Shown: positions 33,201 through 43,021, numbered from the stretch's first letter. The stretch: DNA of 64,000 bases from Armatimonadota bacterium (GCA_037444405.1 JBBIML010000006.1:64001-128000), one strand, 5' to 3'. The notes: a model not told the origin generated them from the sequence alone. Program-made: numbers and translations.

Positions 33201-33684
33201 TGCGCATCTGACCCCCCACGCGTGTGCCCGACGAGGGCAGATGCACGAAAATCTTGTAGACGCCAGCAGGCAGCGGACCACTGTCCCATGTGAAGGTGGC
33301 GTTTGGTCGCCCCAGCGTGCCGACAGCGTAGCGGTACGGTTCGGTCGCCTGCGGGTCCTGAAGCCAGGCATCACCAACCTGCTCCTGCAGGGAGGGCACA
33401 ACCCAGGTGCCTGTGAAGGTTGCCGTCGCGCCGTCGTTATTGCTTTCGCCATCGTTATCGACAACGATTGGCTCCCGCAGTTGTGGCTGGCGTGTTTCGC
33501 CTGGAAACGGCAGAAACGGATAGGTCCAGCCCAGCAGCATCTTGACGCTGCTGCTGCGCGAGTTGCTGGTGATGCCTGTGCGCTGATTGCTGCCCCGGTG
33601 CGTCGCCCAGCTGTCCTGGGCGAGCGCCGTCGCCGTCCAGCCCATCAGCAAGACCATAACCCATACGAACCGTACCGCTCTCAT
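27235..33684 (-). CDS. Giant secreted protein (2149 aa): two golvesin/Xly-CBD-like domains, PQQ-like beta-propeller, long C-terminal region; PilY1-like candidate
   Basis: Signal peptide ..ATALA|QD; WATHRGSNQRTG; two domains ending ADAVRFVP / ADAIKLVP; many SSP/ASP/TPA propeller blades; DVDGDGRND and DSNNNGRFD loops. Confidence 0.75.
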   Translation of the reverse strand: MRAVRFVWVMVLLMGWTATALAQDSWATHRGSNQRTGITSNSRSSSVKMLLGWTYPFLPFPGETRQPQLREPIVVDNDGESNNDGATATFTGTWVVPSLQEQVGDAWLQDPQATEPYRYAVGTLGRPNATFTWDSGPLPAGVYKIFVHLPSSGTRVGGQMRSNLRHAHYRVTDSSGVADLYLDQTGGGWQQLGNRPFIVRNNGERITITLDNGIDPQGPDAGEQPLPIAVADAVRFVPDYGIIQASPVVIRNPLNASQHLVFVANGNGTITCLEHVHNDAARDVRIRWQFRVIPTGQTGVILDDQDPDFTANSWERRTDLPDQYNSSYYRTTPTASQFEARRAVWRVSVSQSGQYYVYAWFPSSDQHARRARYVVEDDFETATLIVNQTRGGNWVLLRASPFTFTQGQTYEIWVSNFSPEDANERSRYVVADAIKLVPANLQTESVFSTPAVGQVRVRDGNSVATRWVLVFGAQDGFIYCIDALGDGQNGTSSGETKLYWRIKPATAAPFSYASPLILEDKNLVIIGNPSGSVYAIKTDLDPGNPATWLKWEYRVFGASFVGAPAYDPDRNTVFIGSVEGNFYGRLYALNPDATSSATALRWAYPPLNSTTEVIEPITATPAVALGKVFINTGGIDGGRTYAISASSGQLIWRQPTEINRILSFNYSSPLVVQGLDFDNDPNTPGINAVFVGGSLGRVFAYNADTGEPLRGTDGSFFSERLSGAIFSSPVFTKVNDTDPDGNDFGAKPAIVVGTNAGEIVALHATNERNRRNGWLFEGWQLYADTLFASPAVLDDWLYIADDAGVVYAFNTSGLAYSELPPGTGIGGPTGPEGRQDDNTDISHTKVTITLSKEEADRVLTGQKAPDEVVPEWPGVLEWGQTFYVIVWDFELSGTETRRDQVAVQVVGPGVSRVQYVLAPRTTTSPPRSGRKWIAVQSITVQASGSNYWTPGPEYELQLRMPGMSFTSDLNLETTEIDRPGERGERGEGWKFSIAHPLKLWNPSGSEVGDENDPGADENKVNGNGGRLMPAQFESNGSAKHGTFISGLFRVADRRNIARYSLIPLTLSVRAWTGGLYWQGGPGAVNYPLPWEQPPTIPNRSPDYPDIAARNVRMLFEGGTDLRQTAMRIENIFANPNGDPIVVQVNVPRYQPPNRYSSRFLRPNSDVHTNFVYIDSNNNGRFDGLENALAPRANQVAQEAYREVATEITVEPDARFLIEEETIDFGALPGGFGFNFDALSPYDPTSAFRPDNALFAPYWKPFRVRNEGNLNLYPLYLGKAFGNPATGGIYLFSDMVSTFAGMPAWTTVVSTLDPRFWSRTDPLRLHSNPYWANVGGWTQIGAIVPGYQPYAVLQKPRAGDMAGTYLSLPAVPYGRTPDVDGDGRNDFEPRLPQISIAIPPFQPMGVYSQWIGVYRDTAVGTVGVVEQGDPITVPSMRIVVRVKETQLTGGVTHGSQAQIDPLPAPGTPIVSNHTPTAFRDPQTGRLHLYWSSNRDPSNRNRFFLYRASLSWDGARMLMNGIPLAGGWIPTGINGQWWLGPFGPFPNDPDGTLFVQALNLGRALTDEEKSTIRHHQPVVHLTQGTRGTVQAWLFWTGEVQVAGTNYAVLFYTQLNPQTGEPVGPINIVPVDPALPRTRPHITGLPGIGNWLFYVSAPAGRNQIFYLPSEGDSFSSWRREQSLPLSRAIRSVDGVAAQVYRVSLNPSSPGSPFVLLADVAITGTVGERNESELLLARYYVNPRNGNLLPLDSRQVERALRDIQDRLLPRIIDEVAQKDAERNVWRTRHLDWTHLGRVWNEDGNPLEADIDIKVNGVSVIVDPTNPNLLQEPIEDEATGLLTFRYIVRNNQNNTLIDSGTIVVDPLNGTIRFVNRAPRLNDVVTVTYRPRLLRLIPYASGQIGGYSQVFSVFQRTLNPRHNLNNLAASPVRKGALNGVCSSSDRPSVDRHWVLFRRGGSAPNSPGNFYYKTLRPGVRLSLPILSWRGGIPLREGAATLAVGENHAIVQLTPRNPAGSGLGFYEYDPLQGRIYFTTEDIGKEVEVRYLTRDPQTGQVVEWSEVAVIGWIDEGQLRGNLTEYVSPVPINLPTNELYLWAIPNLEYRLAPSPLNVFGGFDESLLLFWSSTRNGMTDIFAGAIQPRFTVSPFDLDAD

Positions 33685-33711
33685 ATCTCATTCATCCTCC
33701 TGCCTGCGTGT

Positions 33712-36700
33712 TTAGAACGCGCGATCGGCGGCGCTGGGCTTGCGCAGTTGATAGGAGCCACTCATCGCCGGGCGATCCGCCGTACTCCAGACGATGGAGT
33801 TGTAGCTGAAGCCCAGCAGGCTGCCGTCACGCGGATCCATATCATTTGGATTGAAATCGCTCGCCTTGAGTTCCAGCACCTCGCCGGGGAACTCAATTGG
33901 CTCTTCGGCACCGCTGGCGTTGACGAGGGTGGTGTAGCCGCTGTAGCCGTTGACAATCAGCACATTGCCGTTGAACAGGTAGCGTGCCTGGCGCGGCTTG
34001 AAGAGGATTGGCTGCCGGGGCGGGCTTTCAGGGGCGCCGTCCACCGTCTGCAGTCGCAGCCCTTTCAGTTGGCGGCGAATGCCCAGACTATAGGCTTCAT
34101 TTGTGAGCATCCATGTGACGGGCAGCGTATCGCCAATCGTGCCTGTGAGCGGCACCTGCAGTTCGTAGATGCCCGTGCTGGTTGTCACCAGCAGGAACAG
34201 CCCGACAGCGCTTCCGCCTCCGCCACTGCTAACAAGGCTGACCCTGGAGGTGTCGATGGCGACGGGCGCCAGGATGGGCGCGACTGTGCCATCGGGCAGG
34301 CGCATCCGGGTGATGTAGAGCGTGCGATCTGCACCGCCTTCCGCCAGCTGGAGAATAATCATGCCCGCTTCGGGCGTAGCGGGTTCTGTGGCGGGGTCGG
34401 CACCGCGCGCAGAGGCGTTCTGCACCAGCGTGGCGAAGCCGATCCTGGTCATAGTGCCGTCCCAGTATTCGAACCGCTGGGCGCCCACATAGCGATAGGT
34501 CTGACCCTCTTTGAGCGTGGGCGTCATCCAGTAGAGCACGCCCGTCATCGGCAGGTTCAGCTGCGGATGCCATACCGGCTCGCCGATCGCGAAGGTGTTC
34601 GCGTCCACCACGAAGCGATCCACGATATCGACGACGCGGTTATTGCCCGTATCGGCGATGGTGTAGTGGATCCAGTATTCCCAGCCCGTGCTGCTGCGGA
34701 CGGCGTACGGGTTGCGTGCATCGGGCACGAACTCGGTCCAGACCGTGACATCGGTCGGGTTGCGCAGGGTGGCGGGCGCGCCGCTGATGTAGTTGGAGCC
34801 GAGCAGACCCTGTCGGTTCGGATCGCGCAGGTTAAGCGTGCCCGTGACATTACCGCTGGCATCGCGCAACGGCAGCAGGTCGGGCAGGAAGCCGGTGATG
34901 GTGCGCTCCTCTTCGCCCGCGCGGTTCAGAATCGCGAGACGATTGCGCTCCGGCTCCACAATCAGGAACTGGTTCTCGCCGTAGCGGTAGACGCGCGCGT
35001 TCGGCGTGAGCGGGTACTTGGCGAAGGCGGGCACGAACGAGCCGGTCGCAAACTCCAGCTGGCTGTTCTCGCTCGACCACACCACCTGACCCGCGCTGTC
35101 CACCTCCAGCAGGCGACCCTCGTCGGCAATCACCGTCAGCTGGCGGCTGTAAATCTGAAGCCCCTCGTTCGTGCCGACCACCAGCACGCCATCGCCGATG
35201 CTGACAGGCGATATTGTTGTGTAAGGCAGACTGGCGATAAATCGCCGGAAGAACTCGCGCAGAAAGGCGAACGGATTGCGCGTGATCTCCACATCGTTAA
35301 CTAAATCATCAATAAAAGGCCAGCGGATGACCGAGCCGTAGCCGAGGTTGGGGAACGGAATGGTTCCCGCCTGCGCGTGGCGCGCGCCAATATCAGGCTG
35401 GTAGCGGCGCGGGGCGGTTGCCAGACCCAGCACGCCATATATCTCCTGCCGATCGCTCACACCGGGGGGCAGCCCAACCCGCACGGGCAGATAGAGGATA
35501 TCGCCCGCCACCACTGGCGGTCCCTGCGGCACCTCGCCCGGCAGCACCGCGTACCAGAGCAGGTTGTCCCAGTTGCCAGCATAAAGCTTCTTACTGGGGT
35601 CGAGCGGGTCGCGGTCGGGGTCGATCAGCGCGTTGTAGGCGCCGACCGACACCAGCACAGGCTGCGAGATGCTGAGCGCGCTCAACAGCTCCAGCGTGCC
35701 GCCCGCCTGCGATTGACGGAAGCCGCTCAGCCGGATTTGACCCGTCGCATAGTCCACCATGATGAGCGGGTCGGGACTCTGCGGCGAGTAGGTCAGGCTC
35801 ACCTGCGTGAAGAGCGACGGGTTAGCCCCTGACCGTGCATAATCGCGCTGGGTGAGCGTGATGGGCGCATCGGTCGCAATCGGCGCGCCCAGATTGATAA
35901 TGAACTGCTCCGGCTCCGCATCGAACGCCAGCACGATAGTGTAAGGTATCTGAATGAAGCCGCCCAGCCGCACCGTGCCAAGCCCCAGCGCGTAAACAAC
36001 GCCGTTCGCGTAAACAGGCGCCTCGATGAAGGAAAAGTTCATCGCGAGCGGCGCGCCGCCAGGAAAACTATGGCTGAAATTCAGGAACGGACGCAGGAAG
36101 TCGGACAGATAGCGGTTCGGCTCGTTCCAGATGGTGGCGCCGGGCACCGAAACCATGTTCGTCTGTCCGCCTGCGGTCACGCGCTGCTGGTAGCCGCCGT
36201 GCGACTGCCAGCGCCAGAGGATGACGGAGCCACCGCCGCGCGTGCCAGCGGAACCCCACTGCTCCAGCACGGCAATCAGGTTGCCGTTGTCCGTGTTTGG
36301 ATCGCTGGAGCCACCGCCAGGGGTGAGGGTGCCCGTGGCGATATACAGGACGCCGTTGGCGCCGAGTGTGAAGCCCTGCAGATTATTCGGCGGCATCGGG
36401 CTGCCTGTCTGGGAGGCGGGCAGGCTCATAAAGGTGCGCATCATCGTGCTGGGGTTATTCGCCGTCGCCCAGTCGATGTAATAGTCGATGTAATAGAAGT
36501 TAGTATTGACTACGCCAGAATACGCCACACGCCCTGGCGAGCCGAAGTTGAAGGTACACAGGTTGGTGATCTCAGTAATCTGACCGGTTTGCGGGTTCAG
36601 CTCGTACACGCGCGGACGCAGAGGGCTATCGGAATTATTATAGATTCGTGCTTGACCCGTGATTCGGCAGCGCAGTTGACCTGTCGGGTTGCCGTTTGCA

Positions 36701-38427
36701 TCGCGCTCTATGATGAGCTGCTCGCCCTTCGCGCCGAGCCAGAACGCCTGCACACCCTGCAGCGTTTGCGTGCCCTGTCCGCTGATATCGCGTTGCGTGC
36801 CCAGATAGATGACCAGATCGCTGCCGCCGCCCTGCCCGCGATTGGGCACATAGCCCGCCACCGGCGGCACCAGCCAGTCGCCGATGCTGCTGCTGCGCGG
36901 CTGATACCATTCGGGATTCATCACGGGGTTCCGATCATCCGTAATGATATAGCGCGGATCGGTGCCGTCGCCCAGATCGATTGCCCAGAAGCCTGCCGAC
37001 GGGCGCGTGCTGACCGTCAGCGTCGCGGGCACGATCAGCATATTATCCACCGCGATTGGCGCAGGCACAGGATAGTTTTGCAGAGCGGGCGCGGCGGCGT
37101 TTGCACCGCCCGGCGCAGAGAGCGACCAGACGCGCTGCCCCTGGGGTACAATCCGCCCTGTGTTCGGGTCGCGCGGCAGCAGCCAGAAGCCGGCCACCTC
37201 GCTCCCCGTGGACACAACCACCTGCGTGCCCCTCTGAGTCTCCACAATGACGGGGGGCGACACCTTGCTGGTGCCCAGATTGAACTCCCACACCTTATCG
37301 AATCGCTCGCCACGCTCCAGGTCAGATACGCCATCATCGGTGCGCCCGTCGCCATCCAGATCGCGGTTCGGATTCGCGTCGTAGCAGATGAGCTTGTCGT
37401 TGACCGTTGCTAACACCAGCCCGCCGTACACCACCACGCCACCGTTCTGGCGATTCAGGCTGACTTGTGCATCCTTCCAGAAGGTGGCTAACGGTGCGCC
37501 GTATCGTTCGGGCGTCGAGTTGGCGCGTCGCATGTTGAGCATATCGCTGGTGCTGTTGCTCGCCCAGCGCAGCAGGTTATAGGCGAACTTCAATTCGAGG
37601 GTGGGCACCGCTTCGATGCGGTCAGCACGAGCCGTTTCGGGGATGGAGTTGTTCATGCGCACCATCGGCGCATTGATGGCGGCGGCGATGCCCGCCGCGC
37701 TCACGATGATGCGCCCTGCGCCGTAAGTGCCCGCCGCAATCACGAGCTGCGACGCGCTGACACCTGCCACCGGTTGTAGCCGTGGCTCCTGCACATTCAC
37801 GATGCCGCCGCCGAAGCCGCGCCCGCGCGCCCCGATTCGCGCAATCTCGGCGGGCGCAAGTGTGTAATAGCCGCGCAGAAGCGGATGGTTCAGATTCACA
37901 AAATTGATTGCTCCAGTGCTCGCGCTGAAGCTCACTCGCGGGAAGAACAGCTCGCCCGTGCTGCCATTAGCGGGCAGGTCAATCCACAGGATGCCGCCAC
38001 CGTCCACAAAGCGGCGCAGCTTCTCCCGCATCTCGATGGTCATCCCGTTCAGATTCGTGCGGCTCAACAGCAGAATCCGATAGCGAGAGAGTTGCGTATC
38101 GCTCACCTTGCTCAGATTGACCAGCCAGTAGGCAGCCTGATGGCGCCCTGTGCCAGCAGGCGCCAGCGGGTTCTGGAACGACAGCCCTGGCGGCTTGATG
38201 TCGTTGCGCTGATCCATCGCGTAGAAGGTGTACACATCGCGCACGACAGAATTTCGATCGCTGACGGAAGCGATTTCCTGATCGTTGAACGCGATGACCC
38301 CTGCATAGATAGGCGCCACGCGCGGGTCGTAGTTGCGCCCATCCGCCAGCGCGCTCGCCAGCCACAGATTCAGCACAGCGCCAATCGCCATCAGCCTGCC
38401 AATCGGTTTCGTTTTCATCGTCATCAC
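33712..38427 (-). CDS. Giant secreted protein (1571 aa) with alpha/beta N-domain and beta-propeller-like repeats; PilY1-like candidate
   Basis: Signal peptide ..ASALA|DG; LRRFVDGGGILWID; DLDGDGRTDD; IADTGNNRVV blade; directly downstream of the PilX-like gene. Confidence 0.7.
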   Translation of the reverse strand: MMTMKTKPIGRLMAIGAVLNLWLASALADGRNYDPRVAPIYAGVIAFNDQEIASVSDRNSVVRDVYTFYAMDQRNDIKPPGLSFQNPLAPAGTGRHQAAYWLVNLSKVSDTQLSRYRILLLSRTNLNGMTIEMREKLRRFVDGGGILWIDLPANGSTGELFFPRVSFSASTGAINFVNLNHPLLRGYYTLAPAEIARIGARGRGFGGGIVNVQEPRLQPVAGVSASQLVIAAGTYGAGRIIVSAAGIAAAINAPMVRMNNSIPETARADRIEAVPTLELKFAYNLLRWASNSTSDMLNMRRANSTPERYGAPLATFWKDAQVSLNRQNGGVVVYGGLVLATVNDKLICYDANPNRDLDGDGRTDDGVSDLERGERFDKVWEFNLGTSKVSPPVIVETQRGTQVVVSTGSEVAGFWLLPRDPNTGRIVPQGQRVWSLSAPGGANAAAPALQNYPVPAPIAVDNMLIVPATLTVSTRPSAGFWAIDLGDGTDPRYIITDDRNPVMNPEWYQPRSSSIGDWLVPPVAGYVPNRGQGGGSDLVIYLGTQRDISGQGTQTLQGVQAFWLGAKGEQLIIERDANGNPTGQLRCRITGQARIYNNSDSPLRPRVYELNPQTGQITEITNLCTFNFGSPGRVAYSGVVNTNFYYIDYYIDWATANNPSTMMRTFMSLPASQTGSPMPPNNLQGFTLGANGVLYIATGTLTPGGGSSDPNTDNGNLIAVLEQWGSAGTRGGGSVILWRWQSHGGYQQRVTAGGQTNMVSVPGATIWNEPNRYLSDFLRPFLNFSHSFPGGAPLAMNFSFIEAPVYANGVVYALGLGTVRLGGFIQIPYTIVLAFDAEPEQFIINLGAPIATDAPITLTQRDYARSGANPSLFTQVSLTYSPQSPDPLIMVDYATGQIRLSGFRQSQAGGTLELLSALSISQPVLVSVGAYNALIDPDRDPLDPSKKLYAGNWDNLLWYAVLPGEVPQGPPVVAGDILYLPVRVGLPPGVSDRQEIYGVLGLATAPRRYQPDIGARHAQAGTIPFPNLGYGSVIRWPFIDDLVNDVEITRNPFAFLREFFRRFIASLPYTTISPVSIGDGVLVVGTNEGLQIYSRQLTVIADEGRLLEVDSAGQVVWSSENSQLEFATGSFVPAFAKYPLTPNARVYRYGENQFLIVEPERNRLAILNRAGEEERTITGFLPDLLPLRDASGNVTGTLNLRDPNRQGLLGSNYISGAPATLRNPTDVTVWTEFVPDARNPYAVRSSTGWEYWIHYTIADTGNNRVVDIVDRFVVDANTFAIGEPVWHPQLNLPMTGVLYWMTPTLKEGQTYRYVGAQRFEYWDGTMTRIGFATLVQNASARGADPATEPATPEAGMIILQLAEGGADRTLYITRMRLPDGTVAPILAPVAIDTSRVSLVSSGGGGSAVGLFLLVTTSTGIYELQVPLTGTIGDTLPVTWMLTNEAYSLGIRRQLKGLRLQTVDGAPESPPRQPILFKPRQARYLFNGNVLIVNGYSGYTTLVNASGAEEPIEFPGEVLELKASDFNPNDMDPRDGSLLGFSYNSIVWSTADRPAMSGSYQLRKPSAADRAF

Positions 38428-38430
38428 TCC

Positions 38431-41088
38431 TTACGGACGAGCTTCGCCTGCATAAATCGGTTTCGGGCACACAGGCAGCTTCGGGATGGGCGGCAGGATG
38501 CGCCCCGGATGTTGCCCCGACGGATCCTGCGTGCTGTCATAGGCGACGCGAATCGGCTGATTGTTCACGCGCGGGTCGCGCAGGATAGGGTCGTAGCGCA
38601 TGAAGAGATTGACTGCATAGCGCCCGCGCCCCGATTGCGTATCGTGGAAGAACTCCTGATGCTGGTCGGGGATGGTCAGCCCCGAGTTGCCGTACTCGAT
38701 GGGTATCCAGCCCCATTTGCGCAGCCATTCGGTCTGGTCGCCCAGGGGCGCGGTGAAGTTTTCGGCAATCGCGCCCACGATGGTGATTTTGATGTCAAGC
38801 GGCTCGCCATAGAAGGGAAACTCCGGCGAAGCGACTCCTGCAGGGCGCCGACCGTTGTTCGCTTGCGCGTTCGCGCGTGTGTCGCGCGGGTTGGTGTTGA
38901 ACCAGTAGCCCGGTATCACGAAGAAGCAGCCCTCCTGCGCGAACAGCACCGCCTCGATGCGAATATCCAGCGGCTGAACGACTGCCGCGCTCAACCGATA
39001 GGGCGCGTTATCGGTCGGCAGCTGGAACTGGCCCGGATCCACCAGCGGCTGCAGCTGCAGCTGCAACAGATTCTCCACGCCGGGCGTCGCGTCCAGCAGA
39101 TAGTTCGAGCCTGCTGGGGTCGGCACCAGCGTGAAGGCTATCTTCTCATAGTTCGGATAGACCTGAAAAGTGGTGCGCCCCAGCGGGTACATCGCGGGTG
39201 GAAAGCCCAGCAGGTTAAAGTTATAAAACGGGTTCTGGTTGAACGACGGGTTCACCAGCAGGTTGATGAACGAGCCGACGCTGGCGGAGGCGTGGCGCAG
39301 GTGGAGCTTCAGCCCGCCGAAGTTGCCCGTGTAGGTCTGCGGGTCAACCCCGAAGCTGAACTGCAGCTGCATCGGGCGGTTGGGCAGCACCTCAAAATAG
39401 AAGGGCGATTCGGGGTTGGTGGGGTCGCCCTCCGCCACCGACGGGCTTTGCCATGTGCGCCGCACAAACTGCGTCGTGTTCACGCACACATAGTCCTTCG
39501 CAATGATTGCCAGCGCGGAGCGGGCGTCTCCCTTCACAAGGTTGCCCTCGATATACGCCGTGCCGTTCGTTACAATCGTAATCTGTCGCCCTGACGGGAT
39601 GATGCCCCGCACGCGCACATTGCCTTCGGCATAGATGACGCCGTTGAAAGGCACGCGCAGCGCCTGCCGCTCCTGCTCGCTGCGACCAGGCACTTCGATC
39701 AGCTCGTTCGTCAGGAAGTCGAAGTTCGGGTTGCCCGGATCGGTGCTGCGGAAGAAGAATCGCAGCGTTTTGCGGTTGGTAGGCGTGCCAGTGTAGGGGT
39801 CGAACCACACATCGTTGGGCACGCTCTGGTTGCGCGTGATGCGGAAGCCCTGCTCGATGATCTGGTTGCCGTTGCGCACCTCATAGAGTTCGATATAGGC
39901 GCCGGGCGGCTCATAGAAGGGACCGTTCCAGTAGCGGGAGCCGCCGGGCTTGAGCCAGTCGCTGCGCAGGCTGTAGCCGCCGATCAGCCCGCGGCTCTCC
40001 TGCTGAATGTCCTGCGCGTTATTGATGTAGATGCCGCGCCCGTAGCCGTACTGACCCGTGTTGTACCAGGTGCCGCTGGGTCGCTGGCGCCAGATGCCCG
40101 ATTCGCGCGTGACGGACACATAGCGAGGTTGCCCGGTGGCGGTGTCGACGGTATCCATGCGGGGCGGCTCCAGATAGGCGATGGATCGCGGGAAGCCGTC
40201 GACGGCAGTGGTCGGCTTGCCGTCGCGATACAGCCCGCCGACTGTGAAGAAATCGGGGTCGCGGCTGGGCAATACGGGCGTCGCCCCTGCTGGCGTGATG
40301 ACCGAAACGGTGGTGTTATCGTTGTGGATAATCTCACCGGCGACATAGACCCGTTCGCCTCTGTCGGGGTTCAGCGCGATCTGTACATTGCCGCTCCAGC
40401 GCAGATTGCCGTTCACATAGATGGGCGCGAAGCCGACCTCACGGCGGGTGGGATCGGGGTTATTGCTGTCGGGCACAGGATTGCCCAGAATCAGCCGATA
40501 GGGCACGCCTATCCCCACATCCTCCGCACCGAACTCCATCAGTGTCGCCCGCTGATCGCGATTCATCACGAAACGCAGGTAATCGATGGTGCCAATCTGC
40601 ACATAGGCGACCTTCTCGCGGCGGCGCGTGATGTCCGCCCCACCCAGCGTGGTCGGATCGTTCGGATCCACCAGACCGGGTCGCCCGACCGATTCGATTT
40701 TAATGACAGGCTGGCGGTGGATGGGACCCGACGGCTGATAGCTCACGCGGATCAGCGCGCGCCCTTTGGTGAAGTTGATTCGGGTGAAGCCGCCTGTGCC
40801 ATCAGCAGGGTTGTACGGCTTCAGCCAGAAGTAGTCGGGGTCTTTTGGATCCGTGATATTGTCAGGAATAGGGCGCCAGTCCGCGCCGTCCTCGCTATTG
40901 ACCAGCTGATCGACCGCGTATTTGATGCCCGCTTCGGCGAAGTAGTCCGCGCTCAGCCCCTCGCGCGCCTGCTGCACATTCAGCAGGTTGCGGGCGACGG
41001 TCACGATGAACACGCCGCCCAGAATCAGCAGCACGAAGGCGACCAGCAGCGCAATCACCAGAGTCTGTCCACGCCGTGTATGTCTCAT
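38431..41088 (-). CDS. Giant PilX/GspK-like minor pilin (885 aa)
   Basis: MRHTRRG|QTLVIALLVAFVLLILGG: class III signal lacking Glu+5; AxYFAEAGIxYA helix; NGVIYAEGNVRVRG. Confidence 0.8.
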   Translation of the reverse strand: MRHTRRGQTLVIALLVAFVLLILGGVFIVTVARNLLNVQQAREGLSADYFAEAGIKYAVDQLVNSEDGADWRPIPDNITDPKDPDYFWLKPYNPADGTGGFTRINFTKGRALIRVSYQPSGPIHRQPVIKIESVGRPGLVDPNDPTTLGGADITRRREKVAYVQIGTIDYLRFVMNRDQRATLMEFGAEDVGIGVPYRLILGNPVPDSNNPDPTRREVGFAPIYVNGNLRWSGNVQIALNPDRGERVYVAGEIIHNDNTTVSVITPAGATPVLPSRDPDFFTVGGLYRDGKPTTAVDGFPRSIAYLEPPRMDTVDTATGQPRYVSVTRESGIWRQRPSGTWYNTGQYGYGRGIYINNAQDIQQESRGLIGGYSLRSDWLKPGGSRYWNGPFYEPPGAYIELYEVRNGNQIIEQGFRITRNQSVPNDVWFDPYTGTPTNRKTLRFFFRSTDPGNPNFDFLTNELIEVPGRSEQERQALRVPFNGVIYAEGNVRVRGIIPSGRQITIVTNGTAYIEGNLVKGDARSALAIIAKDYVCVNTTQFVRRTWQSPSVAEGDPTNPESPFYFEVLPNRPMQLQFSFGVDPQTYTGNFGGLKLHLRHASASVGSFINLLVNPSFNQNPFYNFNLLGFPPAMYPLGRTTFQVYPNYEKIAFTLVPTPAGSNYLLDATPGVENLLQLQLQPLVDPGQFQLPTDNAPYRLSAAVVQPLDIRIEAVLFAQEGCFFVIPGYWFNTNPRDTRANAQANNGRRPAGVASPEFPFYGEPLDIKITIVGAIAENFTAPLGDQTEWLRKWGWIPIEYGNSGLTIPDQHQEFFHDTQSGRGRYAVNLFMRYDPILRDPRVNNQPIRVAYDSTQDPSGQHPGRILPPIPKLPVCPKPIYAGEARP

Positions 41089-41101
41089 CGTTCTCGCCTC
41101 C

Positions 41102-43021
41102 CTACTGCCCGCGCAGCTGCACAAGATTTGGCAGCTCGATCTGGGTGTTGAGCGCGTAGTTCACCGTGCGCTCCGCGCCGTAAAACTTCATGCCGACCTG
41201 CAGCGTCATCACGCGCCGCGTCTCATAGTCCACCACCGCCGAATCGGTGGGCTGGTTGAACTGGTAATAGAAGGTGACCATTACATTGTTTTCGCCGGGC
41301 GGAAGCGGGCTGTTCGGATCAGAGTAGAACTCAATATAGCCGCGCAGCAGCGACGGCTCGAAGCCGAGCGTGTTCAGCACCTGTTGCATCGGCGTGCTGT
41401 CGGTGTAGAGAATCCGATACTGGTTGGGTCCCACATCGCGGGTCGCGCTGGCGACACGCTGATAGCGGATGGGCCTGCCGTAGTTGGGTCCAGGGCGCTG
41501 ATCGGGACCAACCACCACTTCCGAGCCTGCCACAATCGAAGCGTTAGGCAGCGCCAGATAGTTGCGCAGCGGATCGTCGACCTGCCCATCGTTGTCGAGA
41601 TCGATCAGGCTGATATAGCGCTTCACATTATTGATGTTGTTAGGATCAAGGCGATACTGGTAGTTGAAGCGCCCGTTGATGGTTTTGATGTCAGGGTCCG
41701 GGTCGGTGGCGGGTGTGGCGTAGATGCCCGTGCTGAAGACCAGCCCCACTTGCTGATTGACAGGGTAATCCATCCATCTGCCCATCCACCAGGGGATGGC
41801 GAACTCCAGTTGACCCGCCTCATCATTCAGATAGAACGCCATCATCTCGGTGCTGTTCGGATCGACGAGTGTGAACCAGCGGGTGTCAGGCGTGCCGCTC
41901 AAAAGCGCCTGGCGGAACAGCGTGAGGTTGCACACCCGCTCGTTAATCTCCTGCCGCGTGGTCGGGTCATACCGATAGTAGCAGAGATACCAGTGGTCGA
42001 CAGTGTCGTCGTAGAGCGTGTAGAAGTAGCGCAGGGGCTGGGGCGGGTTGCGCTGGAGCGAATCGGGCGCACTGCGAAACACGAAGAGGCGGAACACATC
42101 GGGGTTCAGCGTCCACAAGCCGTGCGGGAACTTAATCTGGATGGGGATAATCGCGCCCATCTCGTCGCTGAGGGTCTGCGTTTCCACAGGCGAGCCTGCC
42201 TGATTCACGATCTGGGCAGGCTTGAACTGCAGCAGTGGCACCACCTGCGGGTTGCCCTGCGAATCGCGCGTGAGATTAATCATATCGACCTGCCCGACGG
42301 GTCCGATAGGTTTGGCGACCTCGCGCCAGCCGCGCCAGTGACGCCCGTAGAAGAAGTTCGGGTCATAAAAATCGGCAATCGTGTCGAACAGCTTCGGGTT
42401 CAGCCGCCACCGATTGTTATTATCCTTCACATAGAGGGGGAACTCAGCGCGGTACAGCACGGCGAGGTTCTCCTTCGCGGTGGCGGCGGTCATCGGCTCC
42501 TCTTCCGGGTTGAAGTAGGGCTGGTCAGGAACGCCGTCGTTGTTGCTGTCGGTATTGTCCTGCAACCCGATGAAGTACATTACAATGGTGCGTCCGGGCG
42601 AGAGCGGCATCGCCAGCTCCGCGTCGGGTTCACCGCGCCGACCAATCGGGATTTCGGAGGTGGGGTCGTTCGACTCCTGAGATGGATCGCCATAGGCGGG
42701 CGGCACCAGAATGATCATCGCGTTGCGCATCGGCACCGCGACGGGGCGATCGTCCCTGCCCTTCACCCAGATGTTGATGGTGCGGTGGCTGGTGTCGAAC
42801 ACATAGGCGGCGCGTTTGAGGTCGGTCTGAATCCGTTCGAGGGCGAGGCGGGTGGTGGTCTGCGCCTGCGATTGCACCTGACCCTGACGGGTGTAGCGAA
42901 AGCCCTGAATCAGGGGTATGAGCAAAAGCCCCAGCAGAACTGCGGTGATGGCAATCACCACCAGCAGCTCCACCAGCGTGAAGCCCTGCCGCTGCCCGAT
43001 TCGTATCGTCCGTCCTATCAT
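41102..43021 (-). CDS. Giant PilW/GspJ-like minor pilin (639 aa)
   Basis: QRQG|FTLVELLVVIAITAVLLGLL prepilin signal; RLALERIQTDLKRA helix. Confidence 0.85.
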   Translation of the reverse strand: MIGRTIRIGQRQGFTLVELLVVIAITAVLLGLLLIPLIQGFRYTRQGQVQSQAQTTTRLALERIQTDLKRAAYVFDTSHRTINIWVKGRDDRPVAVPMRNAMIILVPPAYGDPSQESNDPTSEIPIGRRGEPDAELAMPLSPGRTIVMYFIGLQDNTDSNNDGVPDQPYFNPEEEPMTAATAKENLAVLYRAEFPLYVKDNNNRWRLNPKLFDTIADFYDPNFFYGRHWRGWREVAKPIGPVGQVDMINLTRDSQGNPQVVPLLQFKPAQIVNQAGSPVETQTLSDEMGAIIPIQIKFPHGLWTLNPDVFRLFVFRSAPDSLQRNPPQPLRYFYTLYDDTVDHWYLCYYRYDPTTRQEINERVCNLTLFRQALLSGTPDTRWFTLVDPNSTEMMAFYLNDEAGQLEFAIPWWMGRWMDYPVNQQVGLVFSTGIYATPATDPDPDIKTINGRFNYQYRLDPNNINNVKRYISLIDLDNDGQVDDPLRNYLALPNASIVAGSEVVVGPDQRPGPNYGRPIRYQRVASATRDVGPNQYRILYTDSTPMQQVLNTLGFEPSLLRGYIEFYSDPNSPLPPGENNVMVTFYYQFNQPTDSAVVDYETRRVMTLQVGMKFYGAERTVNYALNTQIELPNLVQLRGQ